Source: Candidatus Latescibacterota bacterium (GTDB lineage: Bacteria > Latescibacterota > UBA2968 > GCA-2709665). From it: a stretch of DNA of 64,000 nucleotides. Made by a program: the position numbers and the translations under genes. Under the pieces are notes generated by a model that did no database searches, was not told the origin of the DNA, and saw only the letters and a program-made list of their open reading frames with translations. Where the stretch lies: assembly GCA_965226795.1 (NCBI GenBank), contig CBDDDZ010000005.1, positions 2,624,001 through 2,688,000 of the forward strand, read 5' to 3'. Below, piece by piece: positions 53,830 to 64,000 of this stretch (the first letter of the stretch is position 1; each line of letters starts with the position of its first letter).

Positions 53830-54133
53830 TCTCGAATAATCCACAAGAAAGAAAGTGGAAGCCGCCTTCGACGAGCGCATGTCTGGGGCAAGCAGGTTTC
53901 CTGACAGGTAGGGGCGCCCGAGGGTGCGACAGGCGCCGCCACGCATGCCAGGGCAACCGCGAGGGTTGCGCCCACGCGGGTTAGAGGGATCAGATCGTGG
54001 GCAGGGCGGGCGCATTGAAATCGTCTAAGACATCACAATATACGCCGAGTGTCCGGCATATGTACCGGCCACATAGATAAAATCGTTTTATTACTGAAAA
54101 GTGAGTAATAAGACGAGCGCAAAGGAGATGATT

Positions 54134-54532
54134 ATGGCGAAGAAAAGACGACTGGCCGAAGTCGAGTGGGAGGTGATGGACGGCGTCTGGAAATTCAACC
54201 GCCAGGTCACGGTTCGCGACGTTCTGAATTACGTCTATCCCAATGGCGAGAAGGCCTATACCACCGTGCAGACGATCATGAATATTCTAACCGAAAAGGG
54301 CGTGCTGGATCGTGAAAAGATCGGTCCCGTTAATGTGTACAGACCAACGCTGTCACGGGAGGACGTGGCACAGGTGGAGACGCGAACCCTGGTATCGCGT
54401 ATGTTTAAAGGATCCTTCGGGGCGCTGGCGACGTATCTCGTGGATTCGGGCGAACTCTCGCAGAAAGAACTGGATGAATTGCACGCGCTGATTGAGGCAA
54501 GGGAAAAAGCGAAGGAAGGAGGACCGGAATGA
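54134..54532 (+). CDS. BlaI/MecI/CopY-family repressor
   Basis: LAEVEWEVMDGVW, TVRDV, AYTTVQTIMNILTEKG, FKGS...LV, LSQKELDEL. Confidence 0.92.
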   Translation: MAKKRRLAEVEWEVMDGVWKFNRQVTVRDVLNYVYPNGEKAYTTVQTIMNILTEKGVLDREKIGPVNVYRPTLSREDVAQVETRTLVSRMFKGSFGALATYLVDSGELSQKELDELHALIEAREKAKEGGPE

Positions 54533-56584
54533 ATACGTTGATCACCCTGGCTGAAGCGTGGTGGCCTCTCTATGCGACACACATGATCGAAGTGTCGCTG
54601 TTCATATTGCTGGTGTGGGCCGTAGATCGATGGTTGGCGCTGGAAACGCGATTGAGATACGCGCTCTATCTGTTGGCGCTGGCGAAGGTATTTGTGCCGC
54701 CCGTTTTAGCCATCCCAATACCCGCGTTTCTGGTTTTTTCGACAAATGTCGCGGTGGACAACCCCGTTTATTCTGGTGTGGTCTCGGATGCCACAGCGGT
54801 TTCTCCGGTGCTGGTACCACCCTTTCACCAGCGTTCTACCTGTTCTGCCTGTGGATTCTCTCAGTCCTGGCCTGGACAGGTGTGGCTGTCTGGAAAAACA
54901 CGGCCTTTCGTCATATGCTGAAATCGGCAACACCGGTTGACCTGGCAAGCAAGGTCGAATTGCGGAGCGGCGGACGGAACCTGAAGGTCTATTCAAAAGC
55001 CAGCCTACCTTCTCCCACTCTGGTGGGCATGGTAAGGCCGCGCTTGTATCTGCCGTCGAAGTGGTCGTCCTGGTCGCCCGACGAGTTACGGGGCGTTGTC
55101 AGGCACGAGTTGGCGCATTTTGAAAGGCGCGACATCTACGCTCTGATTCTGCAGACCATGGCAACGGCCCTATTCGGGGCGAACCCGCTGATCTGGATGT
55201 TGAACCGGAGGTTGATATACCTTCGCGAATTGCGCTGCGACGAAACGGTTTTGCGCGAAACGGAGCTTACACCTGCCGAATACGGGCGCCTGCTCCTGGA
55301 CTTTGTAGACAGGCGACCTGCACCAAGCGCCCTGACCGTTTATTTCGGCGAGGGTGGAACGAGGATGAAAGAACGTCTCAAGCACATACTCAAGTTCAAG
55401 GAGGGCGATATAAAACGGTCGAAGTGGCAGTTGGCATTAATCTTTCTCATGGGACTGATGATTGCGCCGTTCTCGATCCGAGAAGCATATACGCAGAATG
55501 ACGGTGGAACTCAGGTGTCGAAGTCGGCCGCAGGCGGAAAAAAGGCCGAACTTACACAAAAACGGGAGGCGCGGCGCCTGCATCGGGTCATGTTGACAGC
55601 AGCGCCGCTTTGTCCGTCGTCTACGACATTAAAGAGGTGGACGTAAAACCCCATCCCGTGAGAATTGTCCCACCTTATTATCCTGAAGAGGCGCTAAATA
55701 GCAAAATGGATGGTGAAGTGCATTTGAAGTATATCGTCAATGTCGACAGTTCGGTAAGCGACGTGACTGTATTGAAAGGGCCGGAGGTATTCCATCGAGC
55801 CGCGACAGATGCTGTGTTGCAATGGCGTTTCAAGCCCGCGGAACACAAGGGAAAAGTCGTGCCCGTTTCCATGTTGGCACCAATTGGTTTTTCTCCTGAA
55901 CCAGATAAGGGCTTCGATGTCTGGTCTGTCGACGTTAAACCGGTTCTTACAAATCGCGTTGAACCAATTTATCCCGATAAAGCGCGAAAAACAGGTTTGA
56001 TGGGAAACGTGTTCTTGAAGTTCAAAGTCAACGAGGATGGATCGGTAAGCGACGTACGTGCCCTCAAAGGTCGATCGGTATTTGTGAAACCAGCGATTGA
56101 TGCGATATCACAATATCGGTTTAAGCCTGCCGAGCACGAAGGCAAGCCTGTCGCAGTGTGGGTGACGCACCGGATCATTTTAAAACCGCCAAAACCGAAG
56201 GCCGTAGCGACTGCTGACTCAGGCGATGCGGACAGTGATAAGGTGTTAGAGATCCGGTCGGTAGACGCAAAACCGGTCGTCATACATTCCGTTCAGCCCG
56301 TTTATCCCAACATAACGAAAAAAGCTGGCCTGGCGGGAAGCGTGGTCTTGAAGTTCAAGGTCAACGTGGATGGTTCCGTGAGCGACGTCGACGCATTTGT
56401 CCTGAAGGGCGGTGAGATATTTCGCAAGCCTGCGATTGAAGCAGTTAGACAATTCCTGTACAAACCTGCTGAACACGAAGGCAAGCCTGTGGCAGTGTGG
56501 ATGACACAGCATTTTACGTTCGCGCCTCCCGAACATCAGGACGACACAGCTCCCGATCCAAGCGATCCTGGTGTTGGAAATTAG
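54529..56584 (+). CDS. BlaR1-type M56 peptidase fused to three TonB C-terminal domains; frameshifts near 54800-54825 and 55560
   Basis: ATGA overlap; RLRYALY, SPTLVGMVRPRLYLP, HELAH, NPLIW, ELRCDE; three repeats of KP...P.YP..A...G.V.LK..VN.DGSVSDV...A..A..Q..FKPAEH.GK.V.V. Confidence 0.82.
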
Positions 56585-56641
56585 CGTGCCATCATCGTTT
56601 TTTGCCCGCATCTACCGGTTTCCACGAGTTATGTCAATAAC

Positions 56642-56692
56642 AAAAAGAGCGGTCGAGGTGCCGGATGGCGTTCATCCGGCACCTCGACCGCT
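56642..56692. terminator. Long hairpin between convergent genes, probably a bidirectional terminator
   Basis: Perfect 20-bp stem AGCGGTCGAGGTGCCGGATG/CATCCGGCACCTCGACCGCT, 5-nt loop, A-run on the left. Confidence 0.75.
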
Positions 56693-56785
56693 TCGGCTTA
56701 CCGACGCCGTTTTTGGAGAGTCCGGGATTTTAACTCACCTCGATCCCCTTCGGCGTTGCGACATTCTTTCCGATGGTCCTTGCGT

Positions 56786-57424
56786 TTATCTCCAGTAATC
56801 GGGTTTTGCGTCGGACATTCTCCACTTGATCTTCACTTCAGGGTTGGCCATTTGCTCGAAGTTGAGGAATTTCAGGAATGCCGAGATGTCGTCGTGATGG
56901 CCCCAGTCGAATTCCATATTGCCCGGCAAATGCGCTTCGACGACAAGTGAGGTGTCGGCATTCTCTCCGTGGTGTCCGGTTTCGACGCTCAGGTAAAACG
57001 AGTGGGTTCCTTCAGCGTCTTTGAGCCTGTCATTGCCGGAAATATCTCTCATCAGAGAGGAAACATCATGGAAGAAATTGGATCTGAGAGCCTCTGCCGT
57101 TACGTGGGCGCCTTCGATTGAGTTAACGGTCAGTCTGTATCTGAGCGGGTTCTCTTCCTGGATGACAGAGACGTCGATGGCGGTGTGCTCGTGGAAGGCT
57201 TTTTGGGCATATCTGGTGAGGATGATTTCGGGAGGTTGGTTTTCCAATTCCGATTCTTCAAGGCGGCCTCCGATAAGACCAAGAATGATAATTGGAAGAA
57301 GCCCTGCCGCAAAAATTCGAGGTCGTTCAGAAAGCCATTTGGTTCTGAAAACGGGTGGGTGAATAAGACCCACCAGCGTTACGATAGCGATAATTGCCAT
57401 TAAGGATACGATAAATCCAACCAT
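56786..57424 (-). CDS. Hypothetical protein with two N-terminal TM helices
   Basis: GGAGG RBS; 212 aa; no recognised motif. Confidence 0.6.
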   Translation of the reverse strand: MVGFIVSLMAIIAIVTLVGLIHPPVFRTKWLSERPRIFAAGLLPIIILGLIGGRLEESELENQPPEIILTRYAQKAFHEHTAIDVSVIQEENPLRYRLTVNSIEGAHVTAEALRSNFFHDVSSLMRDISGNDRLKDAEGTHSFYLSVETGHHGENADTSLVVEAHLPGNMEFDWGHHDDISAFLKFLNFEQMANPEVKIKWRMSDAKPDYWR

Positions 57425-57858
57425 GGCATCCTACCTCCGAGGTATTGGATACATCTTTTCGTTGGATGCAGCCGGTGCCGCGAGGTATCCAGGTTGATGA
57501 AGCAGGATGCGGGAAGGCGCCTGCTCACTGGTCGGAGGTCTGTGAATAACGAATTCCTCGGGCTGATTGGCTGTTTCGTTAGGATATCGCCCGAAACGGG
57601 ACGCCGCGCAGCCATTTGCGCGCGCAATATATCTCATTTGCCTGACAACACGCAAGAAAAATGTCGCAAAAAACAGCGTCGGATCTCTACGATTTCACCC
57701 GGGGCCAGGAAAGACCGCCGGGATATTGTTGATCTGGCTCCCAGCGCCAGAAGTCAACCCGTCGTTAATAAGCCGATCTGTCTAATGCCATCTTCCGGAT
57801 TTCTTCTCTTGTAGTGCGCTTGAAATTTGGCTATTATTGAGTAATGCTGCAGATGTAA

Positions 57859-58399
<541 letters not shown>

Positions 58400-58558
58400 T
58401 CTCGTACACAAGGGAATTCTATTCGAAACGTAGTGTCGTCACTCGAAAACCCTTCGAATCAACGACAGTCTCCCGGCCAGAACAAGAATGCGGGTAAAGA
58501 CAGCTGCCAATCTCTGAAAAGGAAGACCTGGCAATAAAACCGATATAGCCGATTTATT

Positions 58559-59752
58559 CTACAAATCCATTGTCAACTTGCTCATCATCAGGTTGTGGTA
58601 AACTTCCACACCATTTCGTAACTGCCCGAGATCGATCCACTCGCCGGCGGTGTGTCCCTGTGCAATGTCACCCGGGCCAAGAACAACCGCCGGGATACCC
58701 AAACGGCTGAAGCTACTGGCATCCGTACCGTAGCCGACGCCCGTCAGGCCGTCCGGCAGACCCGTCGATTTCAGCACAGAGGCCACGAATGCGCTGAACA
58801 CTCTACCTCCTGTCGGGTCCAGCGGGCTATCCACCATGTCGGGCGCTTCCTGAACGACCGTCAGATTCGGATTGCTCGCCCGAAGTTCATCCAGAACGCG
58901 TTCCACCGCCGGTATAACCGTGTCGGAGTCCTCCCCTGGCACCAGGCGCCTGTCCACTTGGATCTCGCAGTGTTCCGGGATAATGTTGATTTGCGTACCG
59001 CCACGGATGAGATTGATGCTGCATTGCGCCTTGCCTGTCAGGGGATGTTCAGACGTCAGACAGGGAATGTAACTCTCCTCAAGCGCCCCGATGACATCCG
59101 TCATCATACGAATGGCGGACCGTCCTCTGCCGGGATTCGAAGAGTGGGCGGCCACGCCCTCCGTCCGAATCCGCCAGCGCACCACGCCGTTGTGAGCAAC
59201 CACGGCCCGAAGTTTTGTGGGCTCACCCACGACCACACCCACCGGCCGCCAGCCCAGGTCCGGTAACTGCGACGCTACAAAGGTGCGGACACCCGTCTTT
59301 CCGACCTCCTCGTCCAGGGTAAACAGGATCGCCACATTGTTCGGCCCCCTTTGCTGACGGTATCGAAAAAGCGCCCAAAGCATTGCCGCGCCGGTTCCTT
59401 TTGTATCGCACGCACCACGCCCATACAGTCTACCGCCCAGAATCCGTCCCTCGAACGGATCCACCGTCATCCCTTCCACGCTTACCGTATCCAGGTGGCT
59501 CTCAAACAACAGCCACGGCGCCTGTCGATCCACCTGGTGAGTGACCAACAGATTGAACCCGTCCCCTGTCACCGGCAATCGGCGCGTATCGAGCCCCATT
59601 GCCTCAGCCTGCCCCTCCATATACACCGAAAGCGCCTGCTCCGCATCCGGCTTCCCTGAAATCGCCGAATTGACGGTGTCGAATCCGACCATCGCCTGAA
59701 GCAGGGATTCGCAGGATTCATGGGGCTCTGCCACCGGTGTCTCCCTACTCAT
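58559..59752 (-). CDS. M20-family (ArgE/DapE-like) deacylase/peptidase
   Basis: ESHLDTV, GRGACDTKG, DEEVG, VGEPT, AAHSS, GGTQINIIP, GTDAS, GPGDIAQGH. Confidence 0.9.
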   Translation of the reverse strand: MSRETPVAEPHESCESLLQAMVGFDTVNSAISGKPDAEQALSVYMEGQAEAMGLDTRRLPVTGDGFNLLVTHQVDRQAPWLLFESHLDTVSVEGMTVDPFEGRILGGRLYGRGACDTKGTGAAMLWALFRYRQQRGPNNVAILFTLDEEVGKTGVRTFVASQLPDLGWRPVGVVVGEPTKLRAVVAHNGVVRWRIRTEGVAAHSSNPGRGRSAIRMMTDVIGALEESYIPCLTSEHPLTGKAQCSINLIRGGTQINIIPEHCEIQVDRRLVPGEDSDTVIPAVERVLDELRASNPNLTVVQEAPDMVDSPLDPTGGRVFSAFVASVLKSTGLPDGLTGVGYGTDASSFSRLGIPAVVLGPGDIAQGHTAGEWIDLGQLRNGVEVYHNLMMSKLTMDL

Positions 59753-60786
59753 CGCCAACGATCCTCAAAAACCGAAATCGCTGTACGAGCCGCCAGCATG
59801 GACGTCTCCACTCGCTCCTGGTAGCCACCCTTCATCGTCATCCCCGTTTCAATCGTGAACGAGGGTCCGTACCTGCTCGCCCCGTAATCGGCCAGATTCA
59901 ACCCTTCGCCGCGTTGCTTGGCAATCAACCAGAATACCCCGCGTTCACCCGTTTCAAAAAACGCACCGGGCAGATAGCCTTGAGGTGCAAGCTGCGCCCC
60001 CGAATCGGCAACGGCCCGAATCATCGAATCGGCCATTCGCTTTTCCCACAACTCGTCATCTTCGTTTCGCTGATGCCGCGCCGAGAACCAAAAACCGTCT
60101 CCTCCATACTCGTGGAGGTCCAGCGTAAGGCCCGGCTGGATACTCTCCATCAGATTCCGCGCACTGCGGGATTCAACCGGCGCCCACGCCGTATCGTGAA
60201 ACCGGTTGATGTGCAACACTTCTCCTTCCGGGCTGACGATCAGTGTATAGGCTCTCTGGCAGGGCGCCGTGCCTTCGATGCCCTCCTCGCTCGAAGGATA
60301 GAAAATTCGTCGTCCAACCAGAGGTTCCAGAAAATCGGCCCCAACCTCGAAACGCCCGAGAAGACCCGTCGTCGAATACCCGTACTCTCCTATAATCGCA
60401 AGAACCGTCCCGTCCTGTTCGTAAAGCACTTCGCCTCGCGCCTTCAGGAGTGTCCCAACATCCTCAACCGAACCCAGTTCCGGTTCCTCGCCCAGACTCA
60501 GACTCAACGCGTACCCGTACCCATTCATCCCCATGGGATCGCGACTGGGAATCACATAGACCTGATGCTCGGTCTCCAATTCGTCCAGGAGCCCGGCGGC
60601 CGCCCCTACGCCCGCCTGTTCCGTCGAATGGCTGCCGGCGCTGATGAATATCGCCGGCAACTTTTCGCCCCCCTTTCTGAGACAAACCACCGGCGCTCCG
60701 TCCGGCGCACATCCAAGGTTAGACGGCTTGAATCCTCTTGTTTCCGTCCATCTCACGAGATCTGCGTATCGATCGAAAATCTGCAT
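59749..60786 (-). CDS. M14-like zinc carboxypeptidase/deacylase
   Basis: SAGSHSTE (HxxE), DPMG, INR, LDLHEY, FTIET; ATGA overlap with the M20 gene. Confidence 0.7.
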   Translation of the reverse strand: MQIFDRYADLVRWTETRGFKPSNLGCAPDGAPVVCLRKGGEKLPAIFISAGSHSTEQAGVGAAAGLLDELETEHQVYVIPSRDPMGMNGYGYALSLSLGEEPELGSVEDVGTLLKARGEVLYEQDGTVLAIIGEYGYSTTGLLGRFEVGADFLEPLVGRRIFYPSSEEGIEGTAPCQRAYTLIVSPEGEVLHINRFHDTAWAPVESRSARNLMESIQPGLTLDLHEYGGDGFWFSARHQRNEDDELWEKRMADSMIRAVADSGAQLAPQGYLPGAFFETGERGVFWLIAKQRGEGLNLADYGASRYGPSFTIETGMTMKGGYQERVETSMLAARTAISVFEDRWR

Positions 60787-60886
60787 GAAATCCCTCCTCC
60801 ATGCTTCCGGTCTTCATCCGATTGTAACCTGTCGTTTTTCGTTTCCTCCCGTGATTTTACCCGCGTTCCCGACGCATTCTTGATGA

Positions 60887-63874
60887 TCACGGTATGACAC
60901 CCACCCAAGTAGAATTCAAAACCGTTACCTCATCGCAGACAATCGCAGGATAATCACGCACGGAAATCGAATTTTCGGAGGCGGATTCAATCTCAAAACC
61001 CGTCCGGGGCGCCACGCCGGCCAGCAAATAGGAGCCGACGACACCCTGCGGGTCCGGCAACGGGTCGGCAAGGTGGAACGTCCGGTCCTCCACCGACTGC
61101 ACCTTCAAAGTCGTGTTTGGCTCCCCACGCGAAATCTGTAAGTCGCCGCACTTCAGTGTCGTGCCGTTCAGCAGATAGCCCTGAAGGGCTGCCCCCCGAT
61201 CGTCAACCGACACAAAGGCAAACTGCCCGGCTACAGTCACCGGGCCCAGCTTGCGCTCGATCTGATCCAGTGTTGAGATGATATAATCCGTCCGCCCAGC
61301 CAGTTTTATCTCAGCCGCAAGAACGCCGGAATCCGGATCATTTTCTAGCAACCTCGCCCCAACCACCGGTGACCCTCCGGATTTGTAGGGCGCGACCACG
61401 GCGGCATACCGGCTGGCAAGATCCGCATTGCCAACCCCGGCCCTGTTCTCCGCAAAAATCTGCCTGATCGCTGGTTTCTTCAACTCATCAGTCGTCGAAA
61501 CCCGCCATCCCGGAGCATCGCCGATCACGATCCGTTCCGGTGTATTGAGGAGTGTCAAATCCAGATTCACATCCCTGAATTGCCAGGTAAATGTGGTCGG
61601 TTCTTCCGGCGACATCCCGTGCGTATTCTCGAGCCACGTACCCCAGGCATCCGACACCTCCGTGGGCTGCGGGGCAGGCTCCGCCGGCCTGAATTCGATC
61701 GGCGAACCGTTGCAGTGGAAGTTGTACTGGTGGGTCCGCCCTCCTTTAACCCTGAAGAGATCCAAAATATAGACCTGTCCCTCAGGTGTGGTCACCATCA
61801 CGCACGTGCGTCGATATTCCTCGCACTGGGGGTACACGTTCACACCCGATGCCTGCGCTATCTCGACACCGGGTGCAAGCCCGAACAGCTCCAGATTGGA
61901 TCCGCACTCCCGTTTGGCCTGCTCCTCTTCATCCACGACCACCAGATTGTGCGAAAAACTGCTTTTCATCCAGACCTGACCGCTTCGGCCGTCCGGAAGT
62001 AACTGGCCGCTTCCCGAGAAGTAGCCCCGGTCAGAGGCCAGTTCCTCCCCATAGGCATAGATGCTGAAACTCAATACATCCTGCTGCCTATGACCCGTCT
62101 GCACCGTCCATTGATGCTCATTGCCGTTCAGAAAAAGTGCGGTATCCCCTTCCTTCCGGGCGCCTCGCAACACGCCGACGTGCCAGCCCGGGAACCACTC
62201 GGACCTCAGCGGCAGCGCAGTTGAATCGGCTCGGAGATCGTATGGTCTGTACCACAGCGCGTATTGGGTGCCACTTTCTGAGAGTTGCCCACCCTGTACA
62301 GTCTCCAGCAAACCGGCATACGCGCCGCCCAGTCGGGCGGCCAGTATCTCCACAGAACGAAGATCCGCTCCTGTATCGTATCGGGTATCTCCAATAACGG
62401 GCATGCGGTTTTCCGGAGCCAGCAGCCTGACCAGAGACAGCAGGGAAAGATGAAAACGGCCCCCTGAAAACAGGTCCAACCCTTCGATCCGCTCGCCCTC
62501 TTCCGGCTGATACCCGGGCGGATCGCTGTATCCGTGCAGCAAATCCGTCAGTTCGTGTACATTTGAGAGGTTGTGAGCCCCGTAGGACGGCGACTCGGAG
62601 TAGAACCCGTCGTGGTGGTAGCGTTCTTCCAGCATTCGGTGAAAACCGTCCAGCGCACGCCGGACTCTCTCAGGCTGTTCCAGAAGCATCCCCACCCCGG
62701 CGATCAACGCAAAGACTGCCGTCCCCTTGTTGCTGAGAGAATTCCAATGTTCCATATCCACACACCCGGCCAGAATAAGATCCTCCAGAATCCGGCGCTC
62801 CGACTCCTCACCGAGCAGCGGACGACCCTCCGGGTGTTCCGCGCCGCGAATCAAATCAAAGGCAACCGTCAATGCAATCAGCGCCCCGGCGTCGCTTCCC
62901 TTTCCATGTACGCTCATCCGGCCGGCGCCCCAGAACCCATTGTTCATCGTAGAATAATCATTAAACTGGTGCAACCCGTACGCATGGCGAATCGCGCCCC
63001 TCGGGAAACGTCCCCCGTGAGGTCCACCCGCCTCCTCCGCTCTGCCCATATTGGCAGCCACCTCCGCAGGCGGTAGATCCGCAATGCTGCCGTCGTATGA
63101 ATGGTAGAGATAGTTCGGGAACACCCGGGCAAACCGATCCAGAACCCATGCCGCCCGCTGTGCGTATCCGATCTCCCCCGTGACCGCGTAGAGCTTTGCC
63201 AGCGTCAACGCCTGGGCCGTGGCCCAGCCCACCTTGCGGTCTCGAATATGACCGCTGAAACTCGTCATCGTGGGTCGGTCCCCAAGCCACTTTAGAGCAT
63301 GCTCCGCCCGATTCTCCGGATCGGCCACTTCCTCCGGCGTCTGGTAGTAAGTAAACCGCTGACCCATGCGCGGGCATTCGAGAACGCCGGTTTCCGCATA
63401 CCGCGCATTCGGATACACCGTCCCGCAGGCGCTGCAAGTGATTTCGTCCGGACTGTCAATCTCCCAGGTAAAATGCCCGCCGCCCATCAGCGACCGCGTA
63501 CCCACGCAGTGGGGGCAGTTCTGACCGTAGTGGGTCCCGGGAGTCAACTCCGGAATCAACGCATCGAAAAACGCCCGATCCTGCTTCATCGCCAACGCAA
63601 CGTCCCGCTCCCATCCCTCCACGATTTCCTTCGCCCAGCCGTAGCGCGCCAGGTTCCGTCGAGCATTTTCGATATCCCGCGGTTTGTACATCGTGCGCGG
63701 TCCAGCCTGGGCGCTCTTGAACCCCGCCAGCAGAAAAATCACGAGGGACAACAAAAACACAAACATTTCGATTCTCGAAGACCACATGTCGAACGTCGAC
63801 GATGGTACGCCGAGCATCGCCACACCAACCACTCCCGCCGCCGTCCCCAGACCTGCGATGTTCATCCGCTTCAT
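60887..63874 (-). CDS. Heparinase II/III-like protein with CxxC...CxxC insertion
   Basis: AAGGAG RBS; LYAVTGE..YA, DGFYSESPSY, GHRQQDVL, DRGY, SHNLVVVD; CPHC and CSAC. Confidence 0.8.
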   Translation of the reverse strand: MKRMNIAGLGTAAGVVGVAMLGVPSSTFDMWSSRIEMFVFLLSLVIFLLAGFKSAQAGPRTMYKPRDIENARRNLARYGWAKEIVEGWERDVALAMKQDRAFFDALIPELTPGTHYGQNCPHCVGTRSLMGGGHFTWEIDSPDEITCSACGTVYPNARYAETGVLECPRMGQRFTYYQTPEEVADPENRAEHALKWLGDRPTMTSFSGHIRDRKVGWATAQALTLAKLYAVTGEIGYAQRAAWVLDRFARVFPNYLYHSYDGSIADLPPAEVAANMGRAEEAGGPHGGRFPRGAIRHAYGLHQFNDYSTMNNGFWGAGRMSVHGKGSDAGALIALTVAFDLIRGAEHPEGRPLLGEESERRILEDLILAGCVDMEHWNSLSNKGTAVFALIAGVGMLLEQPERVRRALDGFHRMLEERYHHDGFYSESPSYGAHNLSNVHELTDLLHGYSDPPGYQPEEGERIEGLDLFSGGRFHLSLLSLVRLLAPENRMPVIGDTRYDTGADLRSVEILAARLGGAYAGLLETVQGGQLSESGTQYALWYRPYDLRADSTALPLRSEWFPGWHVGVLRGARKEGDTALFLNGNEHQWTVQTGHRQQDVLSFSIYAYGEELASDRGYFSGSGQLLPDGRSGQVWMKSSFSHNLVVVDEEEQAKRECGSNLELFGLAPGVEIAQASGVNVYPQCEEYRRTCVMVTTPEGQVYILDLFRVKGGRTHQYNFHCNGSPIEFRPAEPAPQPTEVSDAWGTWLENTHGMSPEEPTTFTWQFRDVNLDLTLLNTPERIVIGDAPGWRVSTTDELKKPAIRQIFAENRAGVGNADLASRYAAVVAPYKSGGSPVVGARLLENDPDSGVLAAEIKLAGRTDYIISTLDQIERKLGPVTVAGQFAFVSVDDRGAALQGYLLNGTTLKCGDLQISRGEPNTTLKVQSVEDRTFHLADPLPDPQGVVGSYLLAGVAPRTGFEIESASENSISVRDYPAIVCDEVTVLNSTWVGVIP

Positions 63875-64000
63875 AGCGGTTTCTCCTTTACTTAGTGGCC
63901 GTAGAGCGAATCCGCCGTTTTTCCCAATACCCATGCCTTGTCTTCGTCAGAAAGAAAATCCATTGCTTCTTCGATGACACGGAAGCCAACGGCCTCGCCG

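Noticed and set aside
55610..56520. Repeated DNA segments as a CRISPR array or DGR template/variable repeat
   Set aside because: They are coding TonB_C domain repeats; no spacers, cas genes or reverse transcriptase in the window.
59737..60897. 386-aa plus-strand ORF
   Set aside because: Antisense shadow of the M14-like gene.

Overview
Bacterial, GC-rich window of about 45 mostly metabolic and signalling genes; no rRNA, tRNA or CRISPR array seen. In order: a PQQ-type sugar dehydrogenase (partial), a peptidase-propeller-Omp85 fusion, convergent hydantoinase B/A genes with an NCS2 permease, ilvB, an ECF sigma/anti-sigma/Spy-CpxP locus interrupted by an intact IS1182-family element, a short-type valS, a partner-switching cluster (STAS, CBS-antiporter, REC-PP2C, RsbW-like kinase, binding protein, TorS-like kinase), a CP-ATP-grasp/Amt/alpha-E/transglutaminase operon, TPP riboswitch-thiC, a sulfatase, a cluster with three PhyH-fold Fe/2OG enzymes, two heparinase II/III-like proteins, BlaI/BlaR1-TonB and a BrnT/BrnA pair. 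The content suggests a diderm heterotroph, perhaps Latescibacterota/Gemmatimonadota-like (inference only). About 11 frameshifts, many in short base runs, suggest sequencing error. Best leads: (1) all three PhyH-like enzymes have HxA/HxG instead of HxD, the Fe/2OG halogenase signature; (2) an ECF promoter motif GGGAACGC-N16-GTCYAAG occurs twice in the sigma locus; (3) Val-rich leader ORFs with terminators precede both ilvB and valS; (4) an ammonium transporter sits inside the ATP-grasp/alpha-E/transglutaminase operon; (5) the partner-switching cluster has no sigma factor and is flanked by two lipoproteins sharing an N-terminal module. All family calls are from motif recognition by eye; no searches were run.
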